Assembly (NCBI GenBank): GCA_036258095.1
Contig: DATAEJ010000013.1
Span: forward strand, 20,554-84,553
Direction of reading: 5' to 3'
DNA length: 64,000 nucleotides
Source: Candidatus Angelobacter sp.
GTDB lineage: Bacteria > Acidobacteriota > Terriglobia > Terriglobales > Acidobacteriaceae
Shown: in pieces, positions 39,540 through 49,214 of the stretch
How positions within the stretch are numbered: position 1 is the first letter of the stretch
How the letters are laid out: each line of letters begins with the position of its first letter
Translations under genes and position numbers: made by a program
The notes under the pieces: generated by a model
Database searches by the model: none
The model's input: only the letters and a program-made list of their open reading frames with translations
What the model was told of the DNA's origin: nothing

Positions 39540-40147
39540 TTTTCGACCTCATCACGATTTTCCTGGTTGGCGTGATTCTGCTGCTTGCTGCCTTCACTAC
39601 CTTGCAGTTTTTGGGCAAGTTCCCCCGCCGAAATGTGGCTGACGTTGTCCCCTATCTGCGTCGCACGGAAATGGAAGAACTCGATTCTCTGTTGGATCCC
39701 ATTCAGGAAAAGAACATCAGATTCCAACTCTCTCGGCTTGAGTTCCGGGAATGGCAGCGCAAGCGCGTGCACCTGATGTACGAATATCTGCTGCGCATGT
39801 CTCACAATGCACTGGTGCTTATTGAATGGGGCAACATGGAGTCTGGTCACGACGCCCTGGCTCCGACCTCTCAGAAGGCGCTGGAACGCCAGGCCCTGGC
39901 TCAAGAGATGGTTCGAGCGGCCACGGAACTGCGTCTCTATTCGGTTTTGGCACTGGTGAAATTGAAGCTTTGGATTGTGCTCAGGATGGACGCCTGGCCG
40001 CTGGATTCAGGAGGGAGTATTCCCGCCCTGCGCGAAGTTTTTGGGATTGACGCCCTCGCAACCTATTCCCGAGTGCGTGAAACAGCGGGTGGACTTGGGG
40101 AGTCTTATGGGCTGGAATACCAGCAACAATTGAACGGCCGCATCTAA
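39536..40147 (+). CDS. hypothetical protein with one N-terminal TM helix
   Basis: ATGA overlap with the preceding gene. N-terminal MIFDLITIFLVGVILLLAAF, followed by a helical soluble part. Confidence 0.6.
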   Translation: MIFDLITIFLVGVILLLAAFTTLQFLGKFPRRNVADVVPYLRRTEMEELDSLLDPIQEKNIRFQLSRLEFREWQRKRVHLMYEYLLRMSHNALVLIEWGNMESGHDALAPTSQKALERQALAQEMVRAATELRLYSVLALVKLKLWIVLRMDAWPLDSGGSIPALREVFGIDALATYSRVRETAGGLGESYGLEYQQQLNGRI

Positions 40148-40179
40148 TTCCAACGAGTACAAACCGCTATAATCCCCAC

Positions 40180-42210
40180 GTGCCCCTGTGGTCCAAAATC
40201 AGCGGCAGGCTTACGCGTATCGGACTGTTCCCTCCCCGTACTCGTCTGGCCCGCTTCACGCTCTATCTGGCGGCTGCGTTCTTTCTGCTTGAATTGGTTG
40301 AAACGGCTTTCCGACTGACCGGGTTCACTGCTGGCGCAGAGCCACTCCAGGGTTGGACGAGCTTTCTCGGCTTTATTCTTGCAATCGTCTTATTGGCCGT
40401 GGCCTTGCGATGGTTCCGATCGCATGTGATGTGGAGCGTCCGCAACCGCCTGATCGTTACGTACCTGTTTATTGGTGGGGTGCCGGTCATCCTGGCTTTT
40501 ACCTTCGCTTTGGGCACTATTTACATGATTGTGGAGCACGTGGCCACCTATCTGACCGTCGCTGAGATCCAGGCACAGGAACAGCGCCTTGCAGCAGCGA
40601 ATGCGGCCGCTGCAGAAGAGATCTTAAAGCGAGGCCGTACTCCGGCAGAGATCATGGCCAGCGACACCGTGTTTCCCGGTCGAACCGTAACCGTTTCTTC
40701 TGCTGACGCTGCACCCAGGTGGATAAAAGGCGATTTCAGTGGTCTGGTGAGTGACTCGGGTGCGCTATATCTTCGTGCGTGCAAGCAGATCAAAACGCCT
40801 GCGCGATCGCAAGTGATTGAGTCGAGCGTGCCTGTAAATGAGGGCTTCCTTGCTGGCGTGGCGGCACATCTTGGAACACTTACGCTTCAAGGTGGGAACG
40901 TGCGAATCCAGCGAGATGGGGACGCCATATCGGCCGAACCGCAGCAGAAATCCCCTACACCGGGCAGTATTTCGGCCGGAACCATTCCCCCCCCGGCGGG
41001 AAAATTCGATCCGGAGTTGGAATTCAGAGGACTTGTCCAGACAACAGATTGGCAATCGGGCGACGCAAATGCGGTTTTCCTTGCTGGAAGCACCCGCGGC
41101 AGCACACTTATTGGGGTTTTCGGTGCAGCGATGGGCATGTGGACGGGTGTTCTCGGCGTCGTACTTCTTGTCATCGCAGGGATCTTTGCTGCTGTGGTTC
41201 TTGTTGCCCTGATCATCGGTGCCCGTCTCACACGTACCATCACCTATTCAGTCGCTAATTTGTACAAGGCCACCCAACATATCAATCGGGGAGATTTCGA
41301 TCATCGCATTCAAGTTCGCGAGAAGGATCAATTGGCCGCCCTGCAGATGTCCTTCAACTCCATGACCGATTCGATCCAGCGCCTCATTCTGGAGCAGAAA
41401 GAGAAAGAACGTCTGCAAAGTGAGTTGGAGATCGCACACGAGGTCCAGGCACAACTTTTTCCGCACGAGTTCTCCAGCACGCGCACGCTCGAGCTACATG
41501 GAATCTGCCAGCCTGCTCGCATTGTGAGCGGGGACTATTACGATTTCCTGTCCTACGGCCCTGACCAGGTGGGACTTGCGGTTGGCGATATCAGCGGCAA
41601 GGGTATTTCCGCCGCTCTACTGATGGCGACGATTCATTCCGCTGTGCGCGCGTATGAACAGGAACAACTAGTCGCAGCAGGAGCGGCTTCCGCGTACGAA
41701 ACTACCGGACGGTCATTGACGATGGCTGCTCCGTTGCAGCCTCCATCACCGGCGCAAATGCTGTGGCTCCTGAACCGGCACCTGTATCGCAGTACGCCGC
41801 CTGAGAAATACGCGACGTTGTTTCTTGGCTTTTACGATGGTGACAAGCGTCGGCTGACCTACTCCAACGGCGGCCATCTGGCACCGATCATTCTCGGAGC
41901 TGATGGATCTGTTCGGCGGCTTGAGGCGGGCGGGATGGTGGTTGGACTGTTCGACAACATGGAATACTCAGAGGAGAGCGTGGAATTCCGCTCGGGAGAT
42001 ATCTTTATCGCATTCAGCGACGGAATGACGGAGCCGGAGAATGAATTCGGCGAGTTTGGAGAAGACCGGCTGCTTGAGACGGTCGTCGCAAACCGCTCGC
42101 TTCCTCTCGATCGCATCAGCGCGCATGCAGTGGCCGCCGTTCAGGACTGGATCGGCTCAACGGAGCAACCGGATGACATCACTCTGGTGCTTGCACGGCG
42201 CCTCGCCTGA
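40180..42210 (+). CDS. membrane-bound HAMP-domain PP2C (SpoIIE/RsbU-type) serine phosphatase
   Basis: Four TM segments with an extracytoplasmic domain of about 190 aa, and a HAMP domain (NLYKATQHINRGDFDHRI). PP2C motifs: SGDYYDF, GDISGKGISAALLM, SDGMTEPEN, DDITLV. Confidence 0.88.
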   Translation: MPLWSKISGRLTRIGLFPPRTRLARFTLYLAAAFFLLELVETAFRLTGFTAGAEPLQGWTSFLGFILAIVLLAVALRWFRSHVMWSVRNRLIVTYLFIGGVPVILAFTFALGTIYMIVEHVATYLTVAEIQAQEQRLAAANAAAAEEILKRGRTPAEIMASDTVFPGRTVTVSSADAAPRWIKGDFSGLVSDSGALYLRACKQIKTPARSQVIESSVPVNEGFLAGVAAHLGTLTLQGGNVRIQRDGDAISAEPQQKSPTPGSISAGTIPPPAGKFDPELEFRGLVQTTDWQSGDANAVFLAGSTRGSTLIGVFGAAMGMWTGVLGVVLLVIAGIFAAVVLVALIIGARLTRTITYSVANLYKATQHINRGDFDHRIQVREKDQLAALQMSFNSMTDSIQRLILEQKEKERLQSELEIAHEVQAQLFPHEFSSTRTLELHGICQPARIVSGDYYDFLSYGPDQVGLAVGDISGKGISAALLMATIHSAVRAYEQEQLVAAGAASAYETTGRSLTMAAPLQPPSPAQMLWLLNRHLYRSTPPEKYATLFLGFYDGDKRRLTYSNGGHLAPIILGADGSVRRLEAGGMVVGLFDNMEYSEESVEFRSGDIFIAFSDGMTEPENEFGEFGEDRLLETVVANRSLPLDRISAHAVAAVQDWIGSTEQPDDITLVLARRLA

Positions 42211-42310
42211 TCTTGTATTAGCTTCCATGGTGACACCAGAAAAAATGGCCTTACTTTTCCGTCACGGTGCGTTTATGTTGTAGCTCTCAATCGCTGATCT
42301 CCGGACAAAA

Positions 42311-42769
42311 ATGAGCATCCATCGCACACAATCGACCATTCTGCCCTGGCAAAAGAAGTCAAATCCTTCCCACCCATTGCTTGAGCGGCTCAACACCATG
42401 ACCTCAGAACTCGAGTTAATCCAGAACGAGCTTTGCGGATTCATGGGAGCGTCTGATGGCACTCCCAAGAAGCGCGGTTCCTTGCCGGAAACCGCCGGCG
42501 CGGATGTGATGAGGTTCAAAGCGGCGGTGGATCAGCTACGCCGCACACTGTGGTTTTATTGCGACGAAGAAGCGCAGGAACTCCTTCACGCTCGCGGACC
42601 GAGCGTAAGTCATTCTTTGACGCCGCAGGTTCAGCCCGGAACCAGCGCCGCCGAGGTCGCTATTGATCAGGGCGGCGGATCGTTTTTCGATCGTCTGAAC
42701 CTGGTCATTGACGGTTACATTCAATCCAATGGTTCGATCAGCCGTTCCACTCGCAAGATTAAGATCTAG
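42311..42769 (+). CDS. hypothetical protein
   Basis: 152-aa ORF with no recognised motif. Its 3' end overlaps the convergent peptidase gene by 4 nt. Confidence 0.45.
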   Translation: MSIHRTQSTILPWQKKSNPSHPLLERLNTMTSELELIQNELCGFMGASDGTPKKRGSLPETAGADVMRFKAAVDQLRRTLWFYCDEEAQELLHARGPSVSHSLTPQVQPGTSAAEVAIDQGGGSFFDRLNLVIDGYIQSNGSISRSTRKIKI

Positions 42770-44367
42770 TTCGCCGCTCCGATCGCCAAACGGTGATCGA
42801 GCTCAGCAACGCGCCATCCTGTTTCGAATACCAGACGGGCGACCTTCGTCATTTTGTCGAAATCGATCTTGTCCACAGTGTCCGTCGGACGGTGATAGTC
42901 AACGTGTGTGCCATCGAAGTAGAAGATCACCGGTATTCCGTGACGGGCATAATTCCAGTGATCTGAGCGGTAATAGATGCGCTCCGGATTGGCGGGATCG
43001 TTATAGTAGTAGTCAAGCTTCAGCTTCTGAAACTGCTGGTTGGTCTGCTCGCTGATGCCGTGCAATTCCCTACTGATTCGGTCAGAGCCCACAAGGTAGA
43101 CCGTATTGGCATCGGTCAGGTGCTCATCCGCGCTTGCAGTGTCCCCTAGAGGCTTGGAGCGGCCGATCATGTCGATGTTGAAATCGGCGACAATCTTCTG
43201 AAGCGGTACCGCTGGATTTACGTCAGTGTTGTAGCTCGATCCAAGGAGGCCCAGTTCCTCGCCAGCATGGAAGATTATGACTATCGAGCGTTTCGGCCGT
43301 TCTTTAGCCATTGCGTGCGCGATCGTGAGGATCGCCGAGGTGCCGGATCCGTCATCATCAGCTCCGTGATAAATCTCCCCGTTCGGCCCCGCCTTCAGGT
43401 GATCGTAATGAGCGCTGAAAGCCACATACTCGTCTTTCAGCTTAGGATCGCTCCCAGGAAGGATGCCGACGACGTTCTGGGTGGCAGTACGCGCCTCAAC
43501 CAGACCGACACCCATTTTCGCTGATGCCTTCATCGGTACAGCTTTAGCGGCTTCCTTGCGCTGTGCGATCTCGAACGCTTTCGTTAGATCCAGTCCGGCG
43601 GATCGCAATAGCTTCTCGGCGAGATCAGGTCCCAACGTCAGCATGGGAATGCGCTTTTCTGCGGATGGCGCTGCCAGGGTGACTCGTTCGCGCGTTGCGA
43701 CTGCTTGCATGACCGACTTCTTCTTCATGTTTTCAAGAAAGCGTTGCGGCGGAATCGTCAAGACACCCACTGCGCCGTGTGCAGCGGCAGCCAGACCACC
43801 TTCCTGCTCGCGCTCGATATGCGATAGGTCCAGACCCACGGGGTTGGCCGAGACCAACAGGGCGATCTTCCCTTTCACGTCCACGCCTTTGTAGTCGTCG
43901 TGCTGTTGCTCAGGCGCGGAGATTCCTGTTCCCAAAAAAACGATTTCGCCCGCGACATCACCGGCGGCGCTGTCAGTTCCGGTTACAAAGTCGTCTCCAA
44001 GCTTCAAGGTTTCTGTTTTGCCGTCCAGAGTGAGTTCAAGCCGTGTTCTGGCCGGATCTGCCTTTGTTGAAGCCACCTCAAAGTTTTGCAGGAAGCTCCC
44101 ATCTTTCGCCCCGCCTACAAAGCCATAACCTTTCAGGTGAGCCGCCAGGTACCTTGCCGCGATTCCAAAACTCGGAGAAAGCGTGTATCGGCCGCCGAGT
44201 TCGTCGGAGGCCAGGAATTCCAGGTGCATACGCAGTTCAGAAGGCGTAATGGTATCCACACTTTCCGGTACGGAGGGCAGAGTTGCAGCCAGAACACCTG
44301 CGGTTAATATGAAGGAAAAAGCACACGCCAGGGCGATTGTGCGTGGAGAACGGCGTTTCAGAGACAT
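42766..44367 (-). CDS. secreted M28-family metallopeptidase with PA domain
   Basis: Signal peptide. Zn-ligand motifs HGADDDGSGTSAIL and FHAGEELGLLGS, plus a later YHRPTD. Confidence 0.88.
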   Translation of the reverse strand: MSLKRRSPRTIALACAFSFILTAGVLAATLPSVPESVDTITPSELRMHLEFLASDELGGRYTLSPSFGIAARYLAAHLKGYGFVGGAKDGSFLQNFEVASTKADPARTRLELTLDGKTETLKLGDDFVTGTDSAAGDVAGEIVFLGTGISAPEQQHDDYKGVDVKGKIALLVSANPVGLDLSHIEREQEGGLAAAAHGAVGVLTIPPQRFLENMKKKSVMQAVATRERVTLAAPSAEKRIPMLTLGPDLAEKLLRSAGLDLTKAFEIAQRKEAAKAVPMKASAKMGVGLVEARTATQNVVGILPGSDPKLKDEYVAFSAHYDHLKAGPNGEIYHGADDDGSGTSAILTIAHAMAKERPKRSIVIIFHAGEELGLLGSSYNTDVNPAVPLQKIVADFNIDMIGRSKPLGDTASADEHLTDANTVYLVGSDRISRELHGISEQTNQQFQKLKLDYYYNDPANPERIYYRSDHWNYARHGIPVIFYFDGTHVDYHRPTDTVDKIDFDKMTKVARLVFETGWRVAELDHRLAIGAAN

Positions 44368-44425
44368 GCTTTATGTTAGCTTCTGATTTGGGTTAAGACA
44401 ACATTACCCGCTTCAGCAGCACGCC

Positions 44426-45160
44426 TTGTGGCGGCTACAATCAGCCCAGCAGGAGACCCCGGACATCACCTTGAAATCAAACATCATCGTGCTGGAGGAC
44501 GATCCCGATATCGCCAACCTGGTGCGTCACCACTTACACCAGGAGGGATTCGCGGTGCATGTGGCATCTGCAGGTGACGGTGTGCTCCCGCTCGCGCGCC
44601 AGAATCCGCCCATTCTTTTTCTACTGGACGTCATGGTTCCCGGCGTGAACGGATTTGAAGTATGCCGCCTGGTCCGCCAGAGCAGCGAACTGGCGAAGAC
44701 GCCTATCATCTTCGTTACCGCCAAGACGACTGAGGATGACCGTGTACGCGGCCTGGATCTCGGGGCAGATGATTACATCAACAAACCGTTCAGCACCCGC
44801 GAACTACTGGCCCGCGTAAGGGCTGTGCTACGTCGTTTTGAGCAGCCAATCGCCAATAGTGTCTCCACGCCGGATTTCGAACTTAACAGCGATTCCATGA
44901 CCCTTACGGTTCGCGGTGAAGCGGTGGAAGCGACGGCCACGGAATTCCGCCTCCTGCATTTCCTTGCTACTCACCCCGGCCGGGTTTACACACGTGACCA
45001 GGTGCTGGATGCAGTCTGGCGGGACATGTCATTCGTGACGCCACGGTCTGTCGACGTGTACATCCGCCGGCTGCGCGAAAAGATCGAGCGCGACCCAGAA
45101 GATCCCAGATACTTAAAGACAATACGTGGTGCGGGATACAAATTTGAGGTTCCCAAGTGA
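44426..45160 (+). CDS. phoB: phosphate regulon response regulator PhoB-like
   Basis: Receiver IIVLEDDPDI..LLDVMVPGVNG and winged helix EFRLLHFL..TIRGAGYKF. It sits upstream of phoR-pstSCAB-phoU. The exact start is uncertain. Confidence 0.88.
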   Translation: MWRLQSAQQETPDITLKSNIIVLEDDPDIANLVRHHLHQEGFAVHVASAGDGVLPLARQNPPILFLLDVMVPGVNGFEVCRLVRQSSELAKTPIIFVTAKTTEDDRVRGLDLGADDYINKPFSTRELLARVRAVLRRFEQPIANSVSTPDFELNSDSMTLTVRGEAVEATATEFRLLHFLATHPGRVYTRDQVLDAVWRDMSFVTPRSVDVYIRRLREKIERDPEDPRYLKTIRGAGYKFEVPK

Positions 45161-46881
45161 GGAACCGCATTTTTCTCAAAGCGCTTGCAGCTTTCGTAGC
45201 GGTGATCGCTGTCGCGACACTGACTCTGGACCTCAGCATACGCGGCTCATGGGAGCGTTCCTATCGCGAGCGCACTGAAAAGACACTGGATGAGCATCTG
45301 GAATGGCTGGCCCAGCGAGTTCAATACGATCATGAGCACTCCTTGCAGCAGATCGCCGCAGACACGGCCCGGATTTCTGAAGCCCGAGCCACAATAATTG
45401 AGCGAGGCGGCAAAGTGCTGGCCGACTCCACCGCAGATGCCAGTTCAATGGAAAACCACGCTGGACGGCCTGAAGTGGTTCGCGCGCTCCAGGGAGGAAC
45501 GGGGTCATCCACCCGGCTTAGCCATACCGTCGGAATCGAGTTCTTATATGTCGCAATGCCGAGCGGTGACAAGGTCGTGCGCCTCGCCTACCCACTATCT
45601 GCGATTCAGCGCTTTGAAACCGAATTGCGCTGGGTACTCCTGCGGTCATCTCTTCTCGCGCTGATGTTTGCGCTCTTACTCTCGCTTGCTGCCGCACAGT
45701 TGATCACGCGACGGTTGCAAAACATCGTGCGCTTTGCCGAGCAGATTGCGGCCGGCAATCTGGGCGCTCGTATTTCGGAAGGAGGAGGAGACGAGATCGC
45801 ACAGGTCGCTGGCGCTCTCGACCGCACCGCGAGACGACTCGAAGAGAACTTCGCCGCGCTGCGCGACAGCCGGGCTCAATTGGAAGCCCTGCTCAACAGC
45901 ATGAATGATGGCGTAATTGCAGTTTCCCAGGAGATGACGGTGCTCTGGGCGAACCGTGCGATTTCCAATATCACTCATCAGCCAGTCCGGCTGGGCGCCC
46001 CGGTAGTCGAAATGATTCGTCACCCGGATTTTCTTTCCACCTTGCATTCCGCGTTGCGGAGCAAGCAACGCGAGACGGCAATTGCTCCGGCGCTGGTCGG
46101 CCGCAAGTCGTTTTCAATCACAGCAGGGCCACTGCCTGAAGGCGGTGCCGTAAGCGTGTTGCATGATATTTCGGAAATAGAGACAGTAGAAAAGATAAGG
46201 CGTGATTTCATTGCCAACGTTTCTCACGAACTGCGCACGCCTCTGACTTCCATCCGTGGATATGCGGAGACACTCATTGAATCATCAGACGACTTCAATG
46301 GCAGCTCCCGTGACTTTCTCCAGGTCATACGCCGAAACGCGGAGCGGATGAGCCGGCTGACCGACGATCTCCTTGTGCTTGCGCGCGTAGAATCCGGAGA
46401 GGAAAAGCTTGATCTCCGTCCCTACTCTGCCCGCGAACTTGTAGCCGAGGCTGCTTCCTCCATGCAGGAGACCGTTCGTACGGCGGAGATGCAACTTGAA
46501 ACACTCGAAACCCCCGATATTCCGGTCATTGCGGATTCCTACGCAATCCATCAGGTGTTCGCGAATCTCATCAGCAATGCAGTGCGTTATGCCCAAACGG
46601 GCAAGAAGCTGGAGATCGGTGCTCAGGAAAAAGGCGGTACTATCGAATTTTTCGTTCGCGATTATGGTCCCGGCATCGCTTTCGAACACCTTCCCCGCAT
46701 CTTTGAACGTTTCTATCGAGTGGACAAGGCCCGCTCACGCGAGACCGGCGGAACCGGGCTGGGACTTGCCATCGTGAAGCATATTGTGCTGAACCACGGC
46801 GGATCCGTACGTGTGGAGAGCGAGGTCGGCCATGGATCCAGCTTCTTGTTTACCCTGCCGAAAGCATCGATAGAGTCCTAG
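45157..46881 (+). CDS. phoR: phosphate regulon sensor histidine kinase PhoR-like
   Basis: TM, HAMP and PAS domains. H-box NVSHELRTPLTSIRGY, then DYGPGI and GGTGLGLAIVKH. 4-nt overlap with phoB. Confidence 0.9.
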   Translation: MRNRIFLKALAAFVAVIAVATLTLDLSIRGSWERSYRERTEKTLDEHLEWLAQRVQYDHEHSLQQIAADTARISEARATIIERGGKVLADSTADASSMENHAGRPEVVRALQGGTGSSTRLSHTVGIEFLYVAMPSGDKVVRLAYPLSAIQRFETELRWVLLRSSLLALMFALLLSLAAAQLITRRLQNIVRFAEQIAAGNLGARISEGGGDEIAQVAGALDRTARRLEENFAALRDSRAQLEALLNSMNDGVIAVSQEMTVLWANRAISNITHQPVRLGAPVVEMIRHPDFLSTLHSALRSKQRETAIAPALVGRKSFSITAGPLPEGGAVSVLHDISEIETVEKIRRDFIANVSHELRTPLTSIRGYAETLIESSDDFNGSSRDFLQVIRRNAERMSRLTDDLLVLARVESGEEKLDLRPYSARELVAEAASSMQETVRTAEMQLETLETPDIPVIADSYAIHQVFANLISNAVRYAQTGKKLEIGAQEKGGTIEFFVRDYGPGIAFEHLPRIFERFYRVDKARSRETGGTGLGLAIVKHIVLNHGGSVRVESEVGHGSSFLFTLPKASIES

Positions 46882-46928
46882 TGCCTTAGGAACCCGATTT
46901 TCATCGTGCATTCACAACCGACGCCGAA

Positions 46929-46961
46929 CGTTTAACACTCGTTTAACATCGCTTTGTTACG
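46929..46961 (+). promoter_or_regulatory. Pho box array upstream of pstS (three 11-bp-phased direct repeats)
   Basis: cgtTTAACAct cgtTTAACAtc gctTTGTTAcg. The hexamers are spaced exactly 11 bp apart, about 40 nt before ATG 47003. They match the TT(A/T/C)ACA-N5 PhoP/PhoB-type box. Confidence 0.7.
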
Positions 46962-47002
46962 TTTCCGCATGACACAGGTGTTGAAAGAATTCAGGAGGAA
47001 TC

Positions 47003-48007
47003 ATGCGGTCAACTCTTCACATGCTGCTTGCCGCGGCGCTGCTCCTGGGAACAGCTAGCGCCCAGAGCTTGAATGGAGCGGGTGCGACCTTCCCCAATCC
47101 GATTTACCAGAAATGGTTCAGCGAATACCACAACGCAAACCAGAACATCACGATCAACTATCAATCTGTGGGCAGCGGCGCCGGCATTGCTCAGCTGACG
47201 GCCGGAACCGTCGACTTTGGCGCGAGCGACGGGCCCATGACCGACGAACAACTCGGTAGGGTGAGCGGGAAGGTTTTTCACATTCCCACGGTTCTAGGCG
47301 CGGTGGTGCTCACATACAACGTTCCCGGAGTCAGCAGCGAGCTGAAGTTTACTCCGGACGCCATTGCCGGAATTTATCTGGGCAAGATCAAGAAATGGAA
47401 CGACGCGGAGCTCACGAAATCGAATCCGGGAGTAAAGCTGCCCGATACGGACATCGTGGTGGTTCATCGCTCCGATGGCAGCGGCACAACCTACATTTTC
47501 ACCGACTACCTTTCCAAAGTGAACCAGGAATGGGCAAATTCAGTGAAGAAGGGCACGTCGGTGAATTGGCCCACCGGCCTCGGCGCGAAGGGCAACGAGG
47601 GCGTTTCGGGACAGGTAAAGCAGACGGAAGGCGCAATCGGCTATGTCGAACTGATTTATGCCCTCTCCAACAAAATGTCGTACGGCGTGGTGAAGAACTC
47701 CGCGGGCAACTGGGTGAAAGCGAGTCTCGACTCAGTGACTGCGGCTGCGGCTTCGTCGAAAGACATGCCGGATGACTTCCGGGTCTCGATCACCAACGCT
47801 CCCGGCAAAGACGCTTATCCGATCAGCAGCTTCACCTGGTTGCTTGTACCGGCAAAGTGGAGCGATGCTTCGAAAGAGAAGGCATTCGTCAATTTCCTGA
47901 ACTGGATGGTTGACAAAGGCCAGACGATGACTACGTCACTTGAGTACGCTCCTCTGCCGAAGAACGTGGCAGCCAAAGTAAAAGCTCGGATCAAAGAAAT
48001 TCAGTAA
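47003..48007 (+). CDS. pstS: phosphate ABC transporter substrate-binding protein PstS
   Basis: Signal peptide, GAGATFPNPIYQKW, YQSVGSGAGI. AGGAGG SD upstream. Confidence 0.95.
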   Translation: MRSTLHMLLAAALLLGTASAQSLNGAGATFPNPIYQKWFSEYHNANQNITINYQSVGSGAGIAQLTAGTVDFGASDGPMTDEQLGRVSGKVFHIPTVLGAVVLTYNVPGVSSELKFTPDAIAGIYLGKIKKWNDAELTKSNPGVKLPDTDIVVVHRSDGSGTTYIFTDYLSKVNQEWANSVKKGTSVNWPTGLGAKGNEGVSGQVKQTEGAIGYVELIYALSNKMSYGVVKNSAGNWVKASLDSVTAAAASSKDMPDDFRVSITNAPGKDAYPISSFTWLLVPAKWSDASKEKAFVNFLNWMVDKGQTMTTSLEYAPLPKNVAAKVKARIKEIQ

Positions 48008-48036
48008 CGCATTGAGTTACTGAGTCGTGGAGAGCA

Positions 48037-48070
48037 CAACCGCCGAAGCGATATTGTCCGGCGGTTTTGC
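48037..48070 (+). terminator. attenuator/terminator hairpin after pstS
   Basis: 8-bp stem AACCGCCG / CGGCGGTT with a 13-nt loop, followed by TTGCGTT. Confidence 0.45.
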
Positions 48071-48128
48071 GTTGTGGAAACTGTTACTCAACAAGGATTT
48101 ACCGACTAAATTCACCTGGCCCTCTCAG

Positions 48129-48161
48129 GCTTTTAACATCCGTTTAACAATCGTTTGTTAG
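48129..48161 (+). promoter_or_regulatory. second Pho box array upstream of pstC
   Basis: gcttTTAACAt ccgtTTAACAa tcgtTTGTTAg. It has the same three-hexamer, 11-bp phasing as the pstS site and ends 10 nt before ATG 48171. Confidence 0.65.
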
Positions 48162-48170
48162 CTTCCAGAC

Positions 48171-49214
48171 ATGCAGACGTCCCCTCCCAGGGTCCTAAAC
48201 GGCGAAGCTGCAGGCAAGCAACAGCTCCCATCAGACGAAGGAAGTACTCCCACGAGCAGCTCGTCGCCTGTGCGGAAGGCACTCGCGAAGGAGCGGAGCT
48301 TTGCCGATCCAGCCTTTCGGACACTGGTGTATCTGTGTGCAGGTGCAGTGCTGGCTATCGTCGGACTGATCGTTTACGAACTTCTGATTCAGTCTCATCT
48401 GGCAATCTCGAAATTCGGGTTTAAGTTTTTGGTAAAGCAGATCTGGGATCCTGTTAACGAGGACTTTGGGGCGCTGCCATTTGTGTATGGAACTCTTGTG
48501 TCGTCGCTTCTGGCGCTGGTCATTGCTGTGCCGCTTTCGGTAGGAACCGCTCTTTTCCTAACCGAAATCTGCCCGCGCGCGTTACGGAGCACCATGTCAT
48601 TGTTAGTGGAGCTACTCGCGGCCATTCCAAGCGTGATTTATGGTTTGTGGGGCATTTTTGTTCTCGCACCGTTCCTGCGCAAATACGTGCAGCCGTTTCT
48701 GGGCAGCTACTTTGGATGGACAGGGTTATTTACGGGCCCGAAATACGGAATAGGAATGCTGGCGGCAGGAGTCATCCTGGCCATCATGATCCTTCCGATC
48801 ATCGCTTCGATCACGCGGGAGGTCGTTCTTGCTGTGCCACAGCAGCAGCGCGAAGCGGCATTGGCACTCGGAGCTACAAAATGGGAAATGCTGCGGATGG
48901 CCGTCCTGCGCAATGCCCGTCCTGGAATTCTGGGTGGAGTGATTCTCGGCCTCGGCCGCGCCCTGGGCGAAACCATGGCCGTAACCATGGTGATCGGCAA
49001 CCGGCCTGAAATTGCGAAATCGCTCTTCGCACCGGGGTACACGCTGGCCAGCGTGATTGCAAACGAATTTACTGAAGCAACCAGTGCCATGTACCTGAGC
49101 TCCCTGGTGGAAATGGCCCTGATCCTCTTCGTATTGACCCTGATCGTGAATGCTCTGGCGGGATTGCTTGTGTGGTCGATTACCCGCGGAATGCCTGCGA
49201 GGGCCCTTGCCTAA
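48171..49214 (+). CDS. pstC: phosphate ABC transporter permease PstC
   Basis: Multi-TM permease with the conserved loop REAALALGATKWEMLRMAVL. The start is uncertain; see the Pho box finding. An in-frame GTG lies at 48270. Confidence 0.9.
   Translation: MQTSPPRVLNGEAAGKQQLPSDEGSTPTSSSSPVRKALAKERSFADPAFRTLVYLCAGAVLAIVGLIVYELLIQSHLAISKFGFKFLVKQIWDPVNEDFGALPFVYGTLVSSLLALVIAVPLSVGTALFLTEICPRALRSTMSLLVELLAAIPSVIYGLWGIFVLAPFLRKYVQPFLGSYFGWTGLFTGPKYGIGMLAAGVILAIMILPIIASITREVVLAVPQQQREAALALGATKWEMLRMAVLRNARPGILGGVILGLGRALGETMAVTMVIGNRPEIAKSLFAPGYTLASVIANEFTEATSAMYLSSLVEMALILFVLTLIVNALAGLLVWSITRGMPARALA

Noticed and set aside
44368-44425. Possible Pho box upstream of phoB (cTTTATGTTAgc ... gggTTAAGAcaac)
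   Set aside because: Only degenerate hexamers are present, and their spacing (about 20 nt) does not fit the 11-bp phasing seen at pstS and pstC. It is too weak to call.
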